Assembly: GCA_045159875.1 (NCBI GenBank)
Contig: CP067995.1
Location: 576,001 to 640,000, forward strand
Reading direction: 5' to 3'
Source of the DNA: a cyanobacterium endosymbiont of Rhopalodia gibba
GTDB lineage: Bacteria; Cyanobacteriota; Cyanobacteriia; Cyanobacteriales; Microcystaceae
Length of the DNA stretch: 64,000 nt
Positions 55,521 through 64,000 of this stretch are shown here, one piece after another. The position numbers were made by a program, and so were the translations under genes. The notes under the pieces are model-generated. The model did no database searches. It was not told the origin of the DNA and was given only the letters and a program-made list of their open reading frames with translations. Positions within the stretch are counted from its first letter, which is position 1. Each line of letters starts with the position of its first letter.

Positions 55521-57103
55521 ATTCTTTTATTTCATTAAGTATTTCAAAATACTCATCAACTCAAGGCTTATCTACTAAGATCTATAATCTCTCTGTCGGT
55601 TCTAATTCTAAAAAATAAGCTGGCAAATATTCTTGAGTGATTCCTGATAGCCCTACATTTTTATATAAATGTTAGTCAACTAAATTCAGCTATTTTAAGC
55701 TCACATAAGTGGATTTAATTTCATAACCATAATATTTATCTCATTAGTAGTTTTATAAACTTATAAATATATGACTATCTATAGCTCTGGTAGACCAGAG
55801 CAGTTAATCTTTTCCTAATGCAAATGAAAACTTTTATTCTGATTGTTTCTAATCCTATTTTAAATTGCTCAAAAGCCTTATATATATTTCAAATACTAGA
55901 TAATTATTCTATCTTTTTAACTATTAAAAATAAATTTTCAATAGATACTTTTTATATTTTGATTTTGAACTATGATAGTAGTATTTTACTTTTAAAAGTA
56001 ATCAATTTTCTTTAAAGCCATACTTTTTAAACATAATTTAATTTCTTAGTCAACAACCTACTTTTGAGCTTATTTATATAAGGTTATATATTGATTTTTA
56101 TTTAAATTAACAAACTAACTTTTTAAAAAATCTATAAGTTAAGTTCCTTTTTTTACGCCAATATAATTGGAGCTTATTGCTATAAAAAGTATCTTCTTTT
56201 AATAATCAATTTTTAAGTTATTTTTAGAGACTTACTTGAAAATTTTAAAATCTGATATTTACAGCTAAATAAGGTAAATAATCCATGATTTTAATCATGA
56301 TTATTTACCTCTTATTAGAAATAAATTTATACCCCTATATTTGAGTTTATATATTAAATAATTTTATTTATAATTTTTGTAAAAAAATTATTCAGTATTT
56401 AGATTATATCAAAGTAATTATTAATTTTATTCAAAAATAAATAAAAAATAATTAAAAATTATCACTACTGTAGTTAAAAATATTTAGTTAATTAACTCAT
56501 TTTTTAGAAAAAATCGTTAAATATTAATTTAATCAAAATTTTCTAATAATAAAAAATGTATTTCTTGGAAAAACTATTTTTATTGAAATTTATCATAAAT
56601 AAACTGTTTCAATATTACTTTTTTAAAAAATTAAGTAAGTTATAGAAAATAGTCAACTCAAAATGCTTAAAATAAGTATTATTGATTAATTACACATTGA
56701 AATAGTAATTTCAACAGACTATTTTAAGTTTCTAAAAAAAAAGTTGATTTTAATAAACTAAACAAGTAGACAGATTTAAATCTTCTAAATTAACTACATT
56801 AAATAGTTAAACTATATCGAAAATTAAAATTGTAGATAATATTCAATAAATAAAAAATTAAATTTAGTCCCCTGAAAACTATTTAAAAGTAGTAAATATC
56901 GAGCTCTAATTAGAATAGCTTAATAAAAACAAGTGAGGTAAAACTTTATTAAAACTTTAAAAGAATTTGAACTAGGTTTTCAACAAAAAACTCCCTTAAG
57001 TAACCTTAAATATAGTAATCAAATTATATTGTAGCTTGTTTGACTCTAACAACTATATTGATTTCTTTTCTTAGAAAGTAAATATCATAATCAATTATGA
57101 TAT

Positions 57104-60016
57104 TTACTTTGCTTCCATCCAATTGTTACCTGAATAAATATCAACTACTAAAGGGACTGTTAAACTAACAGCATTCTCCATAGTTTGTTTGATTTTTTTT
57201 TGTAATTCATCCCATTCCTCTGGAGGAACTTCAAAAATTAATTCATCATGAACTTGTAATAATAAGTTTGCTTGATAATGACTTAAAATTTCTTGTATTT
57301 TAATCATAGTAACTTTAATAATATCAGCACTTGATCCTTGAATTGGTGCATTAGCTGCAGCACGTAATAATTGGGAATCTGTATAATTTAGATGTAACTC
57401 GTTTAAATTAATATTTTTGGGATTAGTTCCTTTAAGTTTTTGCAAACTGTGTGTCACAAAATTTAAGTATCGTCTTCTTCCTAAAATAGTTGTGACAAAT
57501 CCCTTAGTGATTGCTTCTTTTTTCGTCTTTTCTAAAAACTCAAATACCCTGGCATATCGCTGATGATACTGCTCAATAAATGTCTTTCCTTCTGCTGCTG
57601 TAACTCCTGCTTCTCTGGCGAACCTCTGAGCACCCATTCCATAAATCACCCCAAAATTAATTGTTTTGCCTAGATTCCTTTCTTCTGGGGTAATAGTTTC
57701 TTTATTAAATAAAAGCTTAGCAGTTACAGTATGAACATCCTGAGCATTTCGATATGCTTCTAATAATATAGATTCTTGACTTAAATGTGCTAGTATTCTC
57801 AGTTCAATTTGCGAATAATCTGCTGACACTAACAACCAATTTTCTTTGGGAATAAACGCTTGACGAAGTTTACGAGAAAATTGAGAACGAATGGGAATAT
57901 TTTGTAAGTTAGGATTAGAAGAAGATAACCTTCCGGTTGCTGTCACCATTTGATTAAAGTTAGTGTGAATTCGTTGGGTATCATCACGAACTAATGCAGG
58001 CAAAGCATCTACATAGGTTGATTTTAATTTAGATAGAGTACGATGTTCTAGAACATAATCAACAATTGGATGATCTCCTTGTAGTCTTTCCAAGGTAATA
58101 TGATCGGTAGAATATCCAGTTTTAGTTTTTCGGGATTTCTTTCTATTTAAACCTAGTTTTTCAAATAAAATTTTTCCAAGTTGTTTGGGAGAACTTAAAT
58201 TAAATTTTTCCCCTGCTTCTTGGTATGCCTGTTGTTCGATTAATTCTAAGTCTTGTTGTAATTGTTGAGATAATTGATGCAAATAATTGGTGTCAATACG
58301 AACCCCTGTATTTTCCATGACTGCCAAAACAGATTCTAAGGGTTGTTCTACTTCTATGAGTAATTTTTTTAAAGTTTTTATTGATTCTAATTCTTCTTCT
58401 AATTTATGAACTAATAAATAAGTAATATAAGCATCCATTCCACAATAATTTGCAACAATTTTAATGTCTAAATTAGCAATAGTTTCCCCTTTAGCAATCC
58501 CTAATTCTTTGTAATTTTGGGGACTAATTCCAGGTAAATATCGATAACATAAATCACCCAGATTATGACTCCTTTCAGGATCTAAAACATAACTGGCTAA
58601 CATGGTGTCAAACACTACACCAGTCAATTTAATTCCTTGATGATGTAAAACTAACCGGTCAAATTTCGTATTTTGGAAAACTTTAGCATATTTGTCATTT
58701 TCTAAAATTGGTCGTAATTTTTCTAAAACTACCTTTTTTTTTAGTTGAACCCCTTTTGTATGTCCCATAGGAATATAAGCTATGTCTGTTATTTTATCGC
58801 CCCAACAACAGCCAATTCCAACTAATTCCGCATCCCTAGGTTCTAATGAGGTTGTTTCAGTATCCCAAGCAATAAAATGTTGGTATCCTATATATTGTTT
58901 AAGTCGGTCAACTAAGTTATTTAACTGCTCTACATCCGTAATGGTTTTAGGATTTATTTGCGATAAATTGAGATCGTTTTTAGCAATTAATTCAGTAGAA
59001 TTTTTAACTGATTTTTTACCAGGAAATAAAGAGAGTTGTCTGGGGTCACATTCGTATTTCTCTTGAGATAAAGAATCATTTTTCCTTTCAAAAATATTGT
59101 TTATCTGATCAATTTCTTTTATGAACTTATTAAGTTCTAGTTTTTCTAAAATTGTTTGAAAGGAAGACAAATCAAATCCTTTTAACTGGCACTGGGTTAA
59201 ATTAATTTTAATCGGGATATTAGTTATGATTTCAGCTAAATAGCGAGAGTGCTCTGCGTCTTTTATTCCTTCTCTTAATTTTTTATTATTCGCACCTTTT
59301 ATCTGATCTAAGTTACTATAAATTTCTTGCAGATTGCCGTATTTTTTTAAAAATTTTACAGCTGTTTTATCTCCAATTCCCTTAATTCCTGGAATGCTAT
59401 CCGACCTATCCCCACATAGCGCTTTATAATCAAGCACTTGAGTGGGTTTTACTCCTAGTTTGACTTCTACAGCTTTAGAATCAAATTCTCTATAACCTTC
59501 AGATGACAGATTTTTTATTGTATTTCTTTCTAAATATAAAACACTAATATTTTTGCTTTCATCAACCAATTGAAAAAGATCGCGATCACCACTTAGAATT
59601 TTAACTTGACATCCTGATTGACTTCCTTGGTTAGCTAGAGTTCCCAACACATCATCCGCTTCATAACCTGGACAAGTTACAATTGTTATATTCAAAGCCT
59701 TTAATAATTCTTGAAGATTTTTAAGGTCACGAATAAAATCTTCAGGTGTTTCTTGACGATTTGCTTTATAGTTAGCATCAACTTTATGGCGAAAAGTAGG
59801 CTCTTGTCGATCAAAAGCAATAGCTAGATATTGAGGTTTTTGATCTGTAATAATTTGAATTAACGAATTTAAAAATCCAAAACAAACACTGGTAGGAATT
59901 CCAGTAGAAGTATGTAGAGGACCATGTCTAGCTTTAGCAAAGGCATAATAAGCCCGAAACGCTAGAGAATGACCATCAATAAGAATAAAAAGTGGTAAAG
60001 ATTGCTGATCCTGCAT
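57104..60016 (-). CDS. polA: DNA polymerase I (full length)
   Basis: LIDGHSLAFRAYYA, DTETT, TGRLSSSNPNLQNIP, ADYSQIELR, LLQVHDEL. Confidence 0.98.
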   Translation of the reverse strand: MQDQQSLPLFILIDGHSLAFRAYYAFAKARHGPLHTSTGIPTSVCFGFLNSLIQIITDQKPQYLAIAFDRQEPTFRHKVDANYKANRQETPEDFIRDLKNLQELLKALNITIVTCPGYEADDVLGTLANQGSQSGCQVKILSGDRDLFQLVDESKNISVLYLERNTIKNLSSEGYREFDSKAVEVKLGVKPTQVLDYKALCGDRSDSIPGIKGIGDKTAVKFLKKYGNLQEIYSNLDQIKGANNKKLREGIKDAEHSRYLAEIITNIPIKINLTQCQLKGFDLSSFQTILEKLELNKFIKEIDQINNIFERKNDSLSQEKYECDPRQLSLFPGKKSVKNSTELIAKNDLNLSQINPKTITDVEQLNNLVDRLKQYIGYQHFIAWDTETTSLEPRDAELVGIGCCWGDKITDIAYIPMGHTKGVQLKKKVVLEKLRPILENDKYAKVFQNTKFDRLVLHHQGIKLTGVVFDTMLASYVLDPERSHNLGDLCYRYLPGISPQNYKELGIAKGETIANLDIKIVANYCGMDAYITYLLVHKLEEELESIKTLKKLLIEVEQPLESVLAVMENTGVRIDTNYLHQLSQQLQQDLELIEQQAYQEAGEKFNLSSPKQLGKILFEKLGLNRKKSRKTKTGYSTDHITLERLQGDHPIVDYVLEHRTLSKLKSTYVDALPALVRDDTQRIHTNFNQMVTATGRLSSSNPNLQNIPIRSQFSRKLRQAFIPKENWLLVSADYSQIELRILAHLSQESILLEAYRNAQDVHTVTAKLLFNKETITPEERNLGKTINFGVIYGMGAQRFAREAGVTAAEGKTFIEQYHQRYARVFEFLEKTKKEAITKGFVTTILGRRRYLNFVTHSLQKLKGTNPKNINLNELHLNYTDSQLLRAAANAPIQGSSADIIKVTMIKIQEILSHYQANLLLQVHDELIFEVPPEEWDELQKKIKQTMENAVSLTVPLVVDIYSGNNWMEAK

Positions 60017-61874
60017 TATAAAAATTGTAGATTTATCTCTTTTAATCTTAACGTATTTTTTTAAGCTAATAAAAATTAACTTAACTTAGAGTTTTTAAAC
60101 TCTATAAAAAATAGCTTTAAAAAGCAACTAACTCATCAGTTTAAGCTATTGTAACTTAGTTAAATTACATTAGTAAATCCTGATTTTATTCAGTGAGCTT
60201 AATACTTGATAGCTTAATAATATTGATATATTATTATCTGTGCAATATTAATATTAAAAATATAAATCATAAGCTTGATTTGTAAACTAAAGATTTATTT
60301 ACAAAATATCTATTAGACAAATCATATTATTATAGATTTTGCATAAAAATTGAATTAAATTAAGTTAAATATCTTTATTTGATTTATATCTATAGCATCA
60401 AACATTATATTAAGTTTAATAGATAAAATTTTAAATTAATTAATACTTACTTTATAATAATTTAATTATAAATTAGATAGTAATAGTTTGATTTATTGAA
60501 AAATATACATGACAGTAATTTTTATTTATCTTAGTTAAACTGCCAGAAAATCTCATCACAATAATGAATCAATTATTAGAGATTTTTCTTAAACAAAGAA
60601 AGTAGTTTATCTCAAAATTAATTCTTGTAAAATGAGACAAAATTAATGTATAAATAAATAGCAGAAAAGTCAAATTATCTCATGAATAAAAAATATAAAA
60701 TACAATTTTAAAAAAAATTAATTTTTTTTAAAAAAGCGGTAAGGTTAAAAACATAGCTACAAGGAATGAAATAGGTAAATAAAAAATAAAAATAATGTTC
60801 TAAGATTTAGATCGATAATCATAAATACCAAAATCTTAGAAATCGAAACACTGAATAACTAATAAATAAAATTGCTGTGATTAAATAAAAAAGAAGTCAT
60901 TACGTATTGCTGATTTATACAAATCAATGAGTGTAATCACTATAGAAACAAGGCAATCTAAAGAGCTAATAGGATAGCCAGAGCCTTAGTATAAAGAAGT
61001 TTTGACTAAGATTGAAGAAGTTAATCTAAATTTTAAAAAACTATACAAAAATATTGTCAATAAATTGATGTTAATGTCACAAGCTGAAATAATAGCAGAT
61101 GGATTCCATTTAACAAAATGAGTTGAGGCTAAATTAAATAAAATTTTTAAAATATTTAAACAAGAATTCAAAAAACTTGTAAGTACCAATTAAAAATTAA
61201 AAATTGTGTCAGGTTTTAATTAGATAAAAATAAAAATCTAAATGAAAATTAAATAAGAACAAATAAACCTTCATTAGTTCTTTTAAAGATGTATCCCTTA
61301 AAAGGATAGCTTAGAAGATTATTAATCACAATTTAAACTGGTTATCAGAATTATTGAAATCAGCTAGTTGAGGGAGAAAAGCTTATTTATTCTAGCTAAA
61401 AAGCTACGTAACAATGAACTCAAGTCTTGAGTCTAGAGAAACTATTGCTCATTTTTACCGAAAAATAACCAAAGAAACAATAATAAGAGTAAGACACTAA
61501 TAATCAACTCAAGTTAATTGAAAAAAAACCTTATAGAACTAAACCCTTGTCAATTTTTAACTCCTAAGTTTTTCAATTTAAAATTTTTCCAGTTTAGTCT
61601 CTAATTTAGATTAGTTAGTTTAGTATGATGAATTTTTTTAAAAAAACAGTACTAAGAGAACATTGTTATATAACACTAAGATAAACAATGTGCTGGAACA
61701 TAAACTTTTGTAACTCTATGAACAGATAAACTCAGAACATTATACTGAGTGTTGTGGAAGTTCATAAGATTTAAAATAGGTCTTGATTTTTAAACTCTTA
61801 ACAATCTTCCTCTAATCGTTCATAATTTAGAGAACAGATAGATATTAATTGTAAAAGACTATCCTAAAAGACTG

Positions 61875-63221
61875 ATGAATCAAGTTGACCGCATTCGTTT
61901 GGGATTAGCAGTGGCAGTAGCTAAGACGGTCACCGCTGTAGTTCGCTTGCTAAATTTAGGGGCGGCTAGCGTTTTACCTGGAGCAATCGCCCACCGTTTT
62001 CATTCCAAACTATTATTTTTGCTCTGTGAACAAGTCAAACAAGGGGTTATCTTAGTAATAGGAACTAATGGAAAAACTACCACCTCCTTATTGTTGCGAA
62101 CTATTCTTGAAAACCAAGGGCTCAAAGTGGCTCATAATGATACTGGAGCTAATCTAATTAATGGCTTAATCACTGCCCTGTTGAACAATACGAATTTAAT
62201 AGGTCAATTAAAAGTTGACTATGCAATCTTAGAAGTTGATGAAAATATTGTATCTTTATTACTTAAAGAGTGTCAACCTCTAATAATTTTAGGGTTGAAT
62301 TTGTTTCGAGATCAGCTTGATCGTTATGGGGAAGTTGATACTATTAGTCAACGATGGCTAGCGGACTTCGCTCTCCTTCCTTCTAACACTACTGTTATTC
62401 TTAATGCTGACGATCCAACTCTTTCACATTTAGGTCAGCAATTATCGCAAAAAGTGTGTTATTTTGGCTTAGATGAACCAGATTTATATCTTGAAGAGAT
62501 TCCCCACGCTGTTGATTCGATTTATTGTCCTTGTTGTGGCTATACTCTCGATTATCGAGGTATTTACTTTTCTCACTTAGGAGATTTTAATTGTCCTAGT
62601 TGTGGATTTACGAAAAGTAAAACTGCCTTTTCAAGCAAAGCCTGGCCACAAATTTTGGTTGGAGTCTACAACAAATATAATACCTTAGCAGCTGGATTGG
62701 TTGCTCAAAAATTAGGAATTGAGGTAGCACATATTCTTGATAGCATTAAAAACTTCAAAGCAGCTTTTGGACGGTCAGAAGAATTAACTATTGATGGCAC
62801 AAATATCCGCATTTTATTATCAAAAAATCCTGTAGGAATGAATGAGACAATACGTGCTGTTAATGACTTAAAAGTAGTGGGAAAGGCTTCTACAACTCTA
62901 GTTATTTTAAATGATCGCATCCCCGATGGAACCGATGTTTCTTGGATTTGGGATGTAGATACGGAAAAATTAGTTGAGATAGGAGGGACTTTAATTGTTA
63001 GTGGAGATCGTGTTTATGACATGGCACTAAGATTAGAATATAGTCAAGAAACTCTTACTAGTCACCAAAATTCGGTTAAATTGGTTATAAAAGAGGACTT
63101 AAAAGAAGCTATTCAAACTGCTTTAACCCTAACTCCATATAATGGAACTCTACATATTATCCCTACCTATTCTGCTATGTTAGAAGTACGAGGCATTTTA
63201 ATAGGTCATCAAATTCTCTAA
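61875..63221 (+). CDS. Mur ligase family protein with DUF1727 (MurT-like)
   Basis: GTNGKTTT, NLFRDQLDRYGE, CPCC..CPSC, LLSKNPVG, DGTDVSWIWD, PTYSAML. Confidence 0.88.
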   Translation: MNQVDRIRLGLAVAVAKTVTAVVRLLNLGAASVLPGAIAHRFHSKLLFLLCEQVKQGVILVIGTNGKTTTSLLLRTILENQGLKVAHNDTGANLINGLITALLNNTNLIGQLKVDYAILEVDENIVSLLLKECQPLIILGLNLFRDQLDRYGEVDTISQRWLADFALLPSNTTVILNADDPTLSHLGQQLSQKVCYFGLDEPDLYLEEIPHAVDSIYCPCCGYTLDYRGIYFSHLGDFNCPSCGFTKSKTAFSSKAWPQILVGVYNKYNTLAAGLVAQKLGIEVAHILDSIKNFKAAFGRSEELTIDGTNIRILLSKNPVGMNETIRAVNDLKVVGKASTTLVILNDRIPDGTDVSWIWDVDTEKLVEIGGTLIVSGDRVYDMALRLEYSQETLTSHQNSVKLVIKEDLKEAIQTALTLTPYNGTLHIIPTYSAMLEVRGILIGHQIL

Positions 63222-64000
63222 ATAAATTAGTTAAACTTATGTTTTTATTTGACAAAAAATTAAATGATTAAAATTATACTTAAGTTAACTTTTTTTGATA
63301 AACTAACTTCATAGAATAAAATGTGTTTGCTACTATTTTGATATAAATAAATAGGATTTATTTATATCAAAACGAGAAAATAACTCTAATAAAATATGGT
63401 TAAAATACTAATTATTTAATTTTTTTTAGAATAAAGTTGGAGATAAAAATCAATTCTTTAGTGAGTTTACCTAAAAAATTAGGATATATATAAATCATAT
63501 TTCTTTTTGTTAAATTAACATTACCTTTTTCCTTGAAAAACAGATGTTTGCCCCCATTAATTTTGTCAAAAACATGCTAGTATTCTTTGTATAGAGTTTA
63601 CGAAAGGAATACAGAATTTTTTTAAAAAAATAAAAACTACAATAATTTCTCAGGAGTTAGAAGTTATTTTAACAGCGGCAACTAAAACTTTAATAATGTA
63701 AACAAAAATTATTGACGGAACGAACTAAAAGAGGAGTAGCGCGTGGTCAAAAATTTACAAATATTAGTTAAAAATAAAAAATATTTTTAGAATTAAATTA
63801 GGTATATAAGACGTCAATCTAAATAAAAATCGATACTAGATATCCGGACTGTTTTAACTCACTGAATTAATGTCAAAAACTTATTTATTAGACCTAAAAA
63901 AGGGTAGAACAACTAAGTTGAGTATTTAACCAAGAAAAATTATTATCCATCTTAAAAAAAACCGGCTCAAGAAATAGTAGAAGATATTAGTAGTAAATAA

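Overview
Cyanobacterial chromosome segment of the unicellular Cyanothece/Crocosphaera/Rippkaea type. It carries a complete, uninterrupted Mo-nitrogenase cluster (about 13.3-39.7 kb) split into two divergent arms. The minus arm is nifB-(two decayed ferredoxins)-nifS-(collapsed nifU)-nifHDK-(decayed Mo-nitrogenase C-terminal-domain gene)-nifENX-DUF269-CCE_0567-nifW-hesAB-fdxH-3 unknown ORFs-split feoB-feoA-modBC-fdxB. The plus arm is nifP/cysE-Asr1405-like-DUF2949-nifVZT-2Fe-2S protein-ArsC-like. Flanking housekeeping genes are mlaF/mlaD, ndhCKJ, an Slr0320-type radical SAM, two GT2s, Z-ISO/NnrU, rbcR-type LysR, panC-cmk, rlpA, ileS, polA and murT. These are separated by kilobase-long, extremely AT-rich gene deserts that contain recognisable pseudogenes. 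Together with the decayed fdxN/nifU and an apparent erosion of HIP1 octamers, this fits a reductively evolving N2-fixing endosymbiont, most like the spheroid body (diazoplast) of rhopalodiacean diatoms; that assignment is inference, not database-checked. The most notable unannotated structures are a mirror-duplicated ~200-bp regulatory module in the nifB/nifP divergent promoter, an in-frame collapsed NifU beside an intact NifS, long perfect palindromes in otherwise decaying spacers, and short tandem duplications at pseudogene lesions. I saw no CRISPR array, rRNA, tRNA, transposase or nif excision element, and no clearly new multi-gene system.
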